Shown here: in pieces, positions 39,902-49,207 of the stretch
Numbering within the stretch: position 1 is the stretch's first letter
Layout: each line of letters begins with the position of its first letter
Source: Longimicrobiales bacterium
Lineage (GTDB): Bacteria > Gemmatimonadota > Gemmatimonadetes > Longimicrobiales > Gaopeijiaceae
Direction of reading: 5' to 3'
Assembly (NCBI GenBank): GCA_965197725.1
Contig: CBDANQ010000061.1
Location: 128,001-192,000, forward strand
Length of the DNA stretch: 64,000 nucleotides
The notes under the pieces: model-generated
Databases searched by the model: none
What the model was told of the DNA's origin: nothing
Seen by the model: the letters and a program-made list of their open reading frames with translations, nothing else
Position numbers and translations under genes: made by a program

Positions 39902-40171
39902 TCAGTCGCGGACCGCGTCCGCCTGCACGAGCACATTGGACGACGCCGCGAAGAAAGGCACCTTCGGCCGCTCGGGGAGGCGGAGCTCCAGGAGGCGACT
40001 ACCGTCGCTGATCCGTCCGAGCACACGCACGACCTCTGCCTCTCCCTCAATGCAGTGTACGCACTCGCCCACGCTGGGGATGCGTTCGGATCCGGCGTGC
40101 CAGCCGGGCCGTTCAACGGACTCGATCCGGATTAGCTCGAGGGGTACGCGAGCCATGTTGTTGGGAAGCAT
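39902..40171 (-). CDS. Hypothetical protein
   Basis: Directly downstream of infA, host-like codon usage. Confidence 0.55.
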   Translation of the reverse strand: MLPNNMARVPLELIRIESVERPGWHAGSERIPSVGECVHCIEGEAEVVRVLGRISDGSRLLELRLPERPKVPFFAASSNVLVQADAVRD

Positions 40172-40174
40172 GGG

Positions 40175-40444
40175 TCAACGTCTCCTTCGCGGGCCTGGAC
40201 GCGGAGGCGGCGGGCCCGCGCTCGGCGACTTGTGGCGGTATGTGATACGTCCGCGCGACAGGTCGTACGGGGACAACTCCAGCGTGACCCTGTCGCCCAC
40301 CAGCACGCGGATGCGGAACTTCGACATCTTGCCCGCGGCATATGCGAGGACGACGTGGTCGTTCTGCAGTTGCACACGGAACTTCTGATCGGGCAACACC
40401 TCGGTCACCACGCCCTCTACTTCGATTGCTTCCTGCTTTGCCAT
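40175..40444 (-). CDS. infA: Translation initiation factor IF-1 with Pro/Arg-rich tail
   Basis: [41 protein letters not shown]. Confidence 0.95.
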   Translation of the reverse strand: MAKQEAIEVEGVVTEVLPDQKFRVQLQNDHVVLAYAAGKMSKFRIRVLVGDRVTLELSPYDLSRGRITYRHKSPSAGPPPPRPGPRRRR

Positions 40445-40509
40445 TCGTTACCTCGACCCGAGAGCCAGAAGACGCCGAGCGGTGGAACGTGAGAAGGCTA
40501 ACGGAATCG

Positions 40510-41175
40510 ATGTCGACACCCTATAGCATGCTCCAGCTTCCCCAACGGCTCGCGCGGAAACTCGCGCTGCTCGGCCTCAGCGCGTTCTTCGTAGTGGCGG
40601 GCGCCAACCACTTCGTGAATCCGGACTTCTACGTAGCGATCATGCCACCGTACTTGCCTGCGCACCTCGAGCTCGTGTATGTGAGCGGCGTCTTCGAGAT
40701 GCTCGGTGGCATCGGCGTCCTGGTCCCCGCCGTCCGCGCCCTGGCGGGCTGGGGACTGGTCCTTCTTCTTGTGGCCGTGTTCCCGGCCAACCTCCACATG
40801 GCTCTTCATCCCGAGCTGTTCTCCGATCTTCCCACTTTCGCGCTCTACGCGCGACTCCCGTTTCAGGTCCTTTTCGTCGCCTGGGCGTATTGGTCAACGC
40901 GGCTCCCGCGAGGCCTCAGCGGCGAACCGCACGGCGTGCCCGCTGGAAAAGAGGTGCCCGCTTGCCCCACGTTGCCGCTCTGGTATTCTACCCGAACCAC
41001 ATTAACGAGACCTCATGAAGCGGATTGCCGTCGCACTGCTGTTCTCGGCCACGCTGACCCCCTTTCACCTGCGGGGCCAGTCGCTGTCGGACGTCGAACA
41101 GCGGATCGTGGACCAAGTCGATGCGCGCGCAGCAGAAGCCATCGACCTGCTCGAGCGGGCCGTGAACATCAATAG
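40510..41175 (+). CDS. DoxX-like membrane protein (3' end uncertain; ORF runs into next gene)
   Basis: AGANHF.NP.FY..IMPPYLP, SGVFE, AVFPANLHMA, RLPFQ; recognisable homology ends near 40900. Confidence 0.7.
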   Translation: MSTPYSMLQLPQRLARKLALLGLSAFFVVAGANHFVNPDFYVAIMPPYLPAHLELVYVSGVFEMLGGIGVLVPAVRALAGWGLVLLLVAVFPANLHMALHPELFSDLPTFALYARLPFQVLFVAWAYWSTRLPRGLSGEPHGVPAGKEVPACPTLPLWYSTRTTLTRPHEADCRRTAVLGHADPLSPAGPVAVGRRTADRGPSRCARSRSHRPARAGREHQ

Positions 41176-42319
41176 CGGCTCAATGAATTTCGACGGTGTG
41201 CGTGAGGTAGGCGCGCTCTTCCGCCAGGAGTTCGATGCTCTGGGCTTCGAGACCGAGTGGATCGACGGAGCGTCGTGGGATCACGCGGGCCAACTCATCG
41301 CCCGCCGCGACGGGAGTGGGCCTCGACTGCTGCTCATCGGTCACCTCGACACCGTGTTCGAGCCGAGAAGTCCCTTCCGGAGCTTCGCGCGGGATGGAGA
41401 CCGGGCGCAGGGGCCCGGGGTCGTGGACATGAAGGGTGGTGACGTCGTCATCATCCATGCCCTGAAGGCGCTGGCCGCCACGGGCGAGCTCGACGATATG
41501 AGCATCACCATCGTCATGACCGGCGACGAGGAACAGAGCGGACGGCCTCTCGACCTGGCCCGCGCGGCGCTCATCGAGGCGGCCGAGGAAGCCGACATCG
41601 TGCTCGCGTTCGAGAACGGGGACAGCAACCCCATGACGGCCGTGGTGGCGCGCCGCGGATCAACCACGTGGCGGCTCGACGTGACCGGCACGCCCGCGCA
41701 CTCCTCGCAGCTGTTCCAGAGGGAGGTCGGCGCCGGCGCGGTGTACGAGGCGTCACGCATCCTGAGCGACTTCTACGAGCGCCTGGCGGGTGAGCCCCTA
41801 CTGACCTTCAACCCCGGCGTCATGCTCGCAGGAACCGACGTGGACTACGACTCGTTCACGCCGGGCGGGTCCGCGTTCGGAAAGAGCAACGTCGTGGCAC
41901 AGAGTGCGGTCGTGACCGGGGATCTCCGTACCATCACGTTGGAGCAGCTCGACAGGGCGCGTGCCATCATGCGCTCCGTGGTCCTGGAAAGCCTGCCGCG
42001 CACGTCGGCGACGATCACCTTCGATGACGGATATCCGCCGCTCGCCCCTACCGACGGCAACCGCCGTCTGCTGACCATGTTCAGTCAGGTGAGCCAGGAC
42101 CTGGGATACGGCGAGGTCACCGCGGTGGATCCACGCAACGCCGGCGCGGCGGACGTTTCCTTCACCGCGGGATTCGTCGAGATCGCGCTCGACGGCCTCG
42201 GGCCCGGGGGCGGCGACGATCACACTGTGGACGAGTGGATCGACCTCCCGACGCTCGCGATCCAGACGAAGCGCGCCGCGGTCTTGATGCACAGGCTCAC
42301 GAGACGGCCGGGAGCGTAA
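41015..42319 (+). CDS. Secreted M20-family peptidase (carboxypeptidase G2-like)
   Basis: Signal peptide, GHLDTVF, DMKGG, GDEE, HTVDE. Confidence 0.88.
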   Translation: MKRIAVALLFSATLTPFHLRGQSLSDVEQRIVDQVDARAAEAIDLLERAVNINSGSMNFDGVREVGALFRQEFDALGFETEWIDGASWDHAGQLIARRDGSGPRLLLIGHLDTVFEPRSPFRSFARDGDRAQGPGVVDMKGGDVVIIHALKALAATGELDDMSITIVMTGDEEQSGRPLDLARAALIEAAEEADIVLAFENGDSNPMTAVVARRGSTTWRLDVTGTPAHSSQLFQREVGAGAVYEASRILSDFYERLAGEPLLTFNPGVMLAGTDVDYDSFTPGGSAFGKSNVVAQSAVVTGDLRTITLEQLDRARAIMRSVVLESLPRTSATITFDDGYPPLAPTDGNRRLLTMFSQVSQDLGYGEVTAVDPRNAGAADVSFTAGFVEIALDGLGPGGGDDHTVDEWIDLPTLAIQTKRAAVLMHRLTRRPGA

Positions 42320-42344
42320 CCCCTTGCGCGTCTAGGTCTTAGGT

Positions 42345-43880
42345 CTAGGCCTCGAGATCGAGGAGGTCGTCGTGGACCGCGGGGAGGCTGAGCCGGAACG
42401 TGCTCCCTTCGCCGGGCACCGACTCGACCGTGACGTCACCACCCATGCGGTCGGCGAACCTCTGGACGGTCGCGAGACTGACGCCGGTACCCGGGAAGCT
42501 ACGCGGCTGTACCTGCTCGAACGCGCGGAAGATTCGCGATAGATCCCCCTCGTCGATGCCAATCCCGTTGTCGCTGACCTCGAGGACTCTCCGCGCTCCT
42601 TCGTCCACGGCCCGCACGACCACCTCCGGCCGACGCTCCGCGGGAACGAACTTCACCGCGTTCGAGATGAGGTTCTGAACGGCGCGTATGAGCAGCTCGT
42701 GATCGGCGCGGACATCGCCCAGCGGCCCCGATACCGACACCTCCGCCTGGCGATGCTCGACCTGCGCCGCGAGCGAGTCCAGGGCGGCGTGCACCGCTTC
42801 GTCGAGGGACACTTGGTCGGGATTGAGTGACGCACCTCTGGCCCCGCTGAAGTCGAGCAGATCGTGGACGAACGTGTCCATCCTCGCACATGCGTCGAGG
42901 ATCCTCCGCAGGTACTCCGCTCCCTCGTCGTCGAGCTGCTCGCGATGATCGCTCCACAGGAGCGAAATGACCCCCCCCATCGTCACCAGGTGCGTGCGCA
43001 GGTCGTGTGAGACCGAGTATGAGAACGCTTCGAGCTCGGCCACGGCCGCCTGCAGCTCCCTCGTTCGCCGCTCCGCGAGCTCTCGCAGGCCACTGCTGTC
43101 GGACATGTCGCGGATGGTCCCCTGGTGCTCGTGCACCTCTGTGCCGTCGAACCGCGCCACCGCTGACAGGAGACACTCGCGGATCTCGCCGTCCTTCCTG
43201 ACGACCCGGACCGGAAAGTCCTGAACGAAGCCGTCCTTCTTGATCATCGCGGTGTAGCGGTCCCGGTCCGCGGGATCCTCGTAGAGGTGCTCGATGTCCA
43301 TGTGGAGCAACTCCGACTTACCGTATCCGAGCGCGTTCACGAACGCCTCGTTGACGTCGACCACGCTACCGTCCGGTCCAGTCAGGTAGATGGGCTCACG
43401 CGATCGCTCGAACAGGATACGGTACCGTTCCTCCGAGCCCCGCAGCGCCCGTTCGGCCCGACGCCAATCCGTGAAGAGTCGGTCGAGGCGCACGGCGAGG
43501 TCTCGTAAGAGCCCGATGATGCAGCCCTCGACGAGCAAGAGCGCCGACGCCTCGCCGCCCCCCTCCTGCACCACGATCGCCCAGCCCTCCTCGCCGACCA
43601 TCGTCAGTAGGAGCGCGTTGACGGGTACGGTGACGAGACCCGTCAGCAGTCCGCCCCACGCCCCGAAGAGCCACGCGAGGATCACGACGGGGAACATCGA
43701 TAGCGCCGTGACGCCCACACCGCCTTCCTGATACAGAGGCGCGAACGCGAGCGCGTACACCCCGAGCGAGATCGCCGCGAGCGTCACGCGCTTCGACATC
43801 GGCTCGATGGCCAGGCTGGCTCGGAACGAGCTCCGGCGCTGGCGAAGCTTAGGCTGCTTGTCGCCGTCCGTGTGGCTCAT
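42345..43880 (-). CDS. Membrane PAS-domain sensor histidine kinase
   Basis: N-terminal TMs, PAS, SYSVSHDLR, NLISNAVKF, DNGIGI, GEGSTF. Confidence 0.92.
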   Translation of the reverse strand: MSHTDGDKQPKLRQRRSSFRASLAIEPMSKRVTLAAISLGVYALAFAPLYQEGGVGVTALSMFPVVILAWLFGAWGGLLTGLVTVPVNALLLTMVGEEGWAIVVQEGGGEASALLLVEGCIIGLLRDLAVRLDRLFTDWRRAERALRGSEERYRILFERSREPIYLTGPDGSVVDVNEAFVNALGYGKSELLHMDIEHLYEDPADRDRYTAMIKKDGFVQDFPVRVVRKDGEIRECLLSAVARFDGTEVHEHQGTIRDMSDSSGLRELAERRTRELQAAVAELEAFSYSVSHDLRTHLVTMGGVISLLWSDHREQLDDEGAEYLRRILDACARMDTFVHDLLDFSGARGASLNPDQVSLDEAVHAALDSLAAQVEHRQAEVSVSGPLGDVRADHELLIRAVQNLISNAVKFVPAERRPEVVVRAVDEGARRVLEVSDNGIGIDEGDLSRIFRAFEQVQPRSFPGTGVSLATVQRFADRMGGDVTVESVPGEGSTFRLSLPAVHDDLLDLEA

Positions 43881-44290
43881 TCGATCCACCGCTCGACCAT
43901 CTCTCTCACGATCTCACCCAACTCCTCGAGGTCGGCCGGCTTGGTGTGGAAGGCCTTGGCGCCCAACTCGAGCGCCCGGGCCGCGTCGCTCGGATTCACG
44001 GACGACGTCAGGACGGCCACGGGCGGGGGCGGGAAGCCCTCCTGGGCGCGGATCCATTCCAACAAGGTGAATCCGTCCTTCCCCGGCATGATCAGATCGA
44101 GAATGACCAAGTCAGGGTGCGGATGTATCTCGAAGGGGGGTGTCCCGGCGAGGTAGGCGATACCCTCGCGACCGTCGCCGGCGACCCGAACGTCGATCTC
44201 CGGAAAGGTGCGCCGGACGGCGAGTCGGATCAGCAGGGCGTGATCCGGGTTGTCCTCCACCACGAGGATCGTGCGATCTCGGGAAATCAT
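43877..44290 (-). CDS. Single-domain response regulator (Rcp1-like)
   Basis: LVVEDNPD, PDLVILDLIMP, VLTSS, KP. Confidence 0.92.
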   Translation of the reverse strand: MISRDRTILVVEDNPDHALLIRLAVRRTFPEIDVRVAGDGREGIAYLAGTPPFEIHPHPDLVILDLIMPGKDGFTLLEWIRAQEGFPPPPVAVLTSSVNPSDAARALELGAKAFHTKPADLEELGEIVREMVERWIE

Positions 44291-44555
44291 CCAGCGGTCA
44301 CCTTTTCTGGAACTGAACCGGTGCCGTGGGGGGGACTTTTCAAAGATGTGGACTCAGGGAGCTGTAGCCAAGGATCGCGTTCCAGGGACCGGCGGGGTGT
44401 CTGCCCATCTGGGGAGGCTCACCCGCAGCGACGTCAGCCATTGCGAGGCTCCACCTTCCATCCATCGCGACGAGGTCGGGGCTTCACCGCCGATCGAGAA
44501 CACCCTGAGAGCTCGCCCTAGGAACACGCGAGCCGCTCCGGCTGTAGTCGAACCC

Positions 44556-45898
44556 ATGTCCACGATCACCCCTCCTTTGGCCAGCTTCCGCTCCACGGCG
44601 CGTGGGAGCTCGCTTTTGATCTTTACCCTTTGTTTCGCGGCGTGCGAGGGTCAGTCCCCGATGGGTCCCGAAGGGGGAGTCGTCATGGGCCGCGTATATG
44701 CGGGCCATGGCTTCACGTGCGGGATCGTGGAAGGCGGGAAGGCGCTTTGCTGGGGCATCAATGATGAGGGGCAGCTGGGGGAAGGCGGGTTCTACGCGTC
44801 CTACAAGACCGCACCACGAGTTATCTCGGACGACCTGAGCTTCCGACAGCTGGGCACGAAGGCGTCGGGTCGCCACGTGTGTGGCGTCACGACCTCGGGG
44901 GACGCCTATTGCTGGGGAGAGAACGATTTCGGACAGCTCGGCCACGGGTCGGCGAGCCCTCGAGATGTCCTCCGACTGGTGGCAGGAGGTTTGACGTTCA
45001 CGTCGATCACTGCAGGCTGGCGGTCCAGCTGTGGAGTTACGACCGATGAGGAGGCCTATTGCTGGGGCCGTGGCGAGTGGGGGCAGCTGGGTGACGGGCT
45101 CGCGACGCTCAGCTCGGTGCCGGTGGCGGTCGCCGGCGGGCACAAGTTCCAGAAGCTCGAGGTGGGATCGAGCAACCTGGTGTGCGGCCTGACGACCGCC
45201 GGCAAGATTCTTTGTTGGGGTCTCGACCTTAGGGGGGCTCTCGGTGCGCCGGGCACGGCCATCTGTGTCCGTACAGACGGACTTGAGCTCGCCTGCGCGA
45301 CGACCCCCCAGCCGATCGCGTCGGATGAGCTCTTCATGGAGGTGAGTGCTGGATCGTCATTCGCCTGTGGCATCACTCTGTCCTGCCAGGCGCTCTGTTG
45401 GGGCCGGAATGATTGGGGACAGCTGGGCAGACCCACAACGGAGACGTGTGCTCAGGGAATTTTCTCCGGGAGGGCCTGCGGTCGCACGCCGATGCCGGTC
45501 TTAGGGCCCCAGCGATTCGTAATGGTAACCGCGGGACTCAGACACGCTTGCGGCGTCACGGTGGACGGTGATGCGTACTGCTGGGGCCGCGACTCCCTCG
45601 GCGAGCTCGGTAGGGGATCAGACACGCTTGCGGCGTCACGGTGGACGGTGATGCGTACTGCTGGGGCCGCGACTCCCTCGGCGAGCTCGGTAGGGGATTG
45701 GCGGGTAGCAACAGCAGCGTCCCGGCGCTCGTGGGCGGCGGGGTGAGGTTCAGGGCGGTCAGTGCAGGAGACCAACATACCTGCGGCGAGGGGACTGACG
45801 GGGAGTTGTACTGCTGGGGGTCGAACGTGTGGGGGCAGCTCGGCACGGGTGACATCAACCTCTGGCTGGAGCCGACCCGGGTGGTTACCGGCCTCTAG
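44556..45898 (+). CDS. RCC1-repeat beta-propeller lipoprotein, frameshifted by an 80-bp tandem duplication
   Basis: Lipobox-like FAAC; repeated H.CG.T..G.AYCWG.N..GQLG units; C-terminal blade continues in ORF 45641-45898. Confidence 0.85.
45538..45697 (+). repeat. Perfect 80-bp tandem duplication (2 copies)
   Basis: TCAGACACGCTTGCGGCG...GGTAGGGGA at 45538-45617 and 45618-45697. Confidence 0.95.
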
Positions 45899-45922
45899 GC
45901 AACCCCTTCGCTACGGCCCTCC

Positions 45923-46310
45923 TCAGACTTGGAAGACCTCCCCATCAGGCTGGAAGTGTCTCCATGCGAACCACATGAGTACGTAGGCGTTCCTTAGAGG
46001 CTCGAGCTACTCACCCTCGAGAGGACCCTCTAGGGCAACGCCGGAAAAGCTCCAGATCGAGCCCGTCCGGCTGTCCTGGATTTTGTTGTCGATGACATGG
46101 AAGGTAAGGGTCTGCCCGGCGACGACGGGGTTGTAGGGGATCGCTGCCTCGCCATCACGTCGTTCGTAGAACACCGCCACCGGTGACCCGTCGACCTGGT
46201 CGTTCAACGCCACTTGCGGGCCGATGTTCTCCAAGTCACCGAAGGGGTATCCGCGGCCGCCGGTCGCGCTGGTCCGAATCGCGAGGACCCGCTCCTTGGT
46301 GAAGCGCCAC
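45923..46310 (-). pseudogene. 3' fragment of a DUF3179-family gene with an in-frame TAG
   Basis: KERVLA..YPF..DSRTGSIWSFSGVALEGPLEGE*LEPLRNAYVLMWFAWRHFQPD; TAG at 46007-46009. Confidence 0.65.
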
Positions 46311-46323
46311 GTCGCGCTCCAGG

Positions 46324-46512
46324 TCAGCCTCGACGACGTTCGGCGATCATCTCGGCCGTCCACGGCCGCTCGCTTTCGCTGCTTCCTAATGTCTCTTTCT
46401 CAGGGTGCGGCCGGATCGTCACGCGGCCTCGGTAGGAGCTAGGTGCCAAGATGTACGAAGCCACGAAGTGTCCCGCCTCGTGGTAAGCTGTCTCTCTCAG
46501 TCTTTCATCCAT
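46324..46512 (-). pseudogene. N-terminal fragment of an M41 (FtsH-protease-like) peptidase
   Basis: GAGGGGG SD; MDERLRETAYHEAGHFVA..RVTIRP..TLG, then homology is lost. Confidence 0.55.
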
Positions 46513-46769
46513 CGCCCCCTCCCTTTCCTTCACAGTAGCACCCGCAGATGCTGAGGGGGACACACGCAGGGCAACGGAGTCGCGAGTTCGCCGATATCCG
46601 ATCAGAGTCTTCTTGATCTATTCCCACTGCGGTAGACCGCGGGAGAAGCACGGTGTTCGGCTCGGTGGGGCTTGTGAACGCCACCATCGTGAGCAGGCTG
46701 TTCACGCTGGGGGTGTTCCGGTAGCGGGATCCCCTCGCGCTCTGCCGATCCGCGCCGCATTTTGAGCGC

Positions 46770-47210
46770 ATGAGCGAAGCCATCACCCGCCTGAACGCAG
46801 CCCTGGAGGGCCGTTACCGAATCGAGCGTGAGCTAGGCGAAGGTGGCATGGCGACCGTCTACCTGGCCGACGACCTCAAGCACGAGCGCAAAGTCGCGCT
46901 CAAGGTCCTGAAGCCGGAACTAGCAGCCGTCGTGGGTGCCGAGAGATTCCTGGCCGAGATCAAGACCACGGCGAACCTGAGTCACCCCCACATTCTGCCG
47001 CTGCACGACTCGGGTGAGGCCGACGGCTTCCTGTTCTACGTCATGCCGTATGTAGAGGGAGAGAGCCTGCGGCAGAAGCTCGACCGCGAACATCAGCTTC
47101 CCGTGGACGAAGCGGTGCAAGAGATTCAAGAAATGGTCGCGGTGGCATTCCCTACGTCGAGGACGCTGAGCAGAGCGCGCCGAGCTGTTGGGTGGCCGTA
47201 CCCAGAGTAG
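46770..47210 (+). pseudogene. Truncated Ser/Thr protein kinase (subdomains I-V only)
   Basis: LGEGGMATVY, VALKVL, HPHIL, VMPYVEGESL; ends near 47118 before HRD/DFG. Confidence 0.85.
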
Positions 47211-47215
47211 CCTCG

Positions 47216-47347
47216 AGATGGGCCGCGGCTTCATTCGTCGAGACCGGGAAGAGCTAACGACGCATCACCGTGTACGACCAACTCTGGATGCTCAAAGCTC
47301 ATCTCGATGACTGCTAGCCGGTAGCCGAAAAGAAGATGGCAGGTTGA
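47216..47347 (+). mobile_element. Decayed 3' remnant of the IS256 transposase
   Basis: RWAAASFVETGKS*RRITVYDQLWMLKAHLDDC*PVAEKKMAG* aligns with C-terminus RWAAASFVETEKSYRRIIGYDQLWMLRAHLDDHEPVAEMRKAG*. Confidence 0.88.
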
Positions 47348-48373
47348 TCACGATAGCTCCGGATCTGCCACTTTCAATCGTGAACGGGTCATCTTCCAGC
47401 CTCGCCCGGAGGGCCATCGGCCGATCAGAACCTTACACTCCTCCGGTAGCAGAAGCGCAGGATAAAGCGCCAGCATCGCCAGCGGAAACACTCCGATGTT
47501 CATGAATACGAAGATGAGGGAGTGAAGAGCCACGCCCATCGCCAGCGCCGGGCGACGCGTGCGGCTCCACCAGATAAGCAGGGGAAAAAGGAACTCCCAT
47601 AGTGCCACCACAAGAGTTGCTACAGCGAACAGCCCTTGGGGAGCCAATGGCGGTGGTCCGAAGCGAGAAAACAAAGGGCTGTCCAGCGCAATCCACAGGG
47701 CGGTACCGTTTCGCCACGCGGGGTCCACGAGCTTCCAAAAACCTGACACGACATAGATCAGGGCTAGCTGAACCTGAATCATCCTCAAAGGCCATACCGG
47801 TATGAGAGAGGGGCCTATGGAGTCACCCTGGGCCTCCCGGCGTCGAAGCGCCTTAACACGATCCAGAGCAAGGGCTCGATCGATCGGAGCCACGGCGACG
47901 AAGGCTGCAGCCACGTACAGGGATGTCAGCCGGAGCACCGCATCACCGGCGGTTAGGAACGTTGGGTTGCGGTGATGGAACCAGTATGTGAGCAGCAGGG
48001 TCGCCACCGCCGCCGGGCGTGTCCTCCATCCCACCAACAAGGCAAGCAACGCCACCCCAAAGAGGACGGCGAGAACCGTGGTCGCCAGCTCCCCCCCAAG
48101 CAGGTCGGGCATGAACAGGCGGCCGAACCATTCGCTCCCCCAATTGCGGGCGAACACGATCGGAAAGTCGCCATCATTCGTATAATAGAATCGCAGACCA
48201 GGGAGCATCCCCATCCAAAAGTAAAGGGAGGCTGCTGCGAAGCCTATCCTCACCATTCCAAGGCGCAGCCCGTCCGTCTCCTCGAACCAGAACTGATGCC
48301 AGGCCCCTCTCACCCGCGAGACGAGGGTTCGAGATTCGGTCGGCTGCGGTGAGCCGCCTCCGAATTCAATCAT
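47348..48373 (-). CDS. HTTM-domain membrane protein (SdpB / vitamin K-dependent carboxylase N-domain-like)
   Basis: LLVGWRTR, RNP....GD, WPLRMIQVQLALIYVVSGFWKL....WRNGTAL, LWE..FP, LHSLI..FMNIG.F. Confidence 0.85.
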   Translation of the reverse strand: MIEFGGGSPQPTESRTLVSRVRGAWHQFWFEETDGLRLGMVRIGFAAASLYFWMGMLPGLRFYYTNDGDFPIVFARNWGSEWFGRLFMPDLLGGELATTVLAVLFGVALLALLVGWRTRPAAVATLLLTYWFHHRNPTFLTAGDAVLRLTSLYVAAAFVAVAPIDRALALDRVKALRRREAQGDSIGPSLIPVWPLRMIQVQLALIYVVSGFWKLVDPAWRNGTALWIALDSPLFSRFGPPPLAPQGLFAVATLVVALWEFLFPLLIWWSRTRRPALAMGVALHSLIFVFMNIGVFPLAMLALYPALLLPEECKVLIGRWPSGRGWKMTRSRLKVADPELS

Positions 48374-48974
48374 CCGCCCCTCCGGCCGCGACATCGCAAT
48401 CGAAGCTTCCGAGAGAAGTTCTGCGGGGGTTGCGCGGGACCTTCAGCCACGGAGGATTGACGGGCTGCCAGCTCGCGGCGAGAGAGACTTTCACCGGCCG
48501 ACGGCCGTCCCGGTCCAGCCTTTGGCAAAGTTGGAGCGCCAATCTCCGGCGAAAGAAGTCCCCGGATACCTCGTACGCGAGATTGAAAAAGGTGTCATAG
48601 GAGCGAGGACGCGTCCAATGAGGAAAAGGGTCCTCCGCTGGACCACCAATCGTCAGCGAGTCCGTCTGCCAAACCGCCGGCTCCCCGAGATGATCATCAC
48701 TACCATACCAGGCGACGGCCTCGAGCGTGGCCACCCAATCGGAGGGCTCAGGAGCGAATAGCATCCAGTGCTGGTGGGTCGACGTCGCGTCAAGCCAGAG
48801 CCGAGCCCCCGGCCAGATGATCTGCATGACGGGAAGCGGGCCCTGGTTAAGCGCTCGCCGCAGTGGGGGGGGTGTCTGCCTCGCGGTTCCGATCTCGAGC
48901 AGCACAAGAGTAGCCACTGCTGCCCAGTGCACGATGAACAGGGTTGAGAGAACAGCCCGTTGGCTGACTCTCAA
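48366..48974 (-). CDS. DUF5819/SdpA-like membrane-anchored partner of the HTTM protein
   Basis: N-terminal TM with His, QHWMLFAPEP motif, two C-terminal Cys; overlaps HTTM gene start. Confidence 0.6.
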   Translation of the reverse strand: MRVSQRAVLSTLFIVHWAAVATLVLLEIGTARQTPPPLRRALNQGPLPVMQIIWPGARLWLDATSTHQHWMLFAPEPSDWVATLEAVAWYGSDDHLGEPAVWQTDSLTIGGPAEDPFPHWTRPRSYDTFFNLAYEVSGDFFRRRLALQLCQRLDRDGRRPVKVSLAASWQPVNPPWLKVPRNPRRTSLGSFDCDVAAGGADD

Positions 48975-49207
48975 ATTACGCGCTCCGACGGGAGTCTGCC
49001 GGCTTCCTCACTTCCCGACTCCGTATGCGATGCCACTGTCCCCCAGAGCTCGGTCTTCCGCCTAGCCGACCCAGTTGTGGATTGATCCGAACACAGGACG
49101 CCCATGCATGACTGCTGGACGCGTAAAGATGGGCCCTGCCGTCCCGACGGTCGGTCGGAGGGGCAGGGCCCAAGTAATACTGATGCTGTGGACCCGTCAT
49201 GGGTCAC
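48971..49207 (-). CDS. Possible 78-aa Ser/Gly/Cys-rich small protein
   Basis: GTG overlaps susD TAG and its TGA overlaps the next TTG start; no recognisable family. Confidence 0.3.
   Translation of the reverse strand: MTHDGSTASVLLGPCPSDRPSGRQGPSLRVQQSCMGVLCSDQSTTGSARRKTELWGTVASHTESGSEEAGRLPSERVI

Noticed and set aside
46007..46009. In-frame stop in the DUF3179 fragment as a recoding (Sec/Pyl) site
   Set aside because: It is TAG, not TGA; probably CAG>TAG in an already 5'-truncated gene; no pyl genes seen
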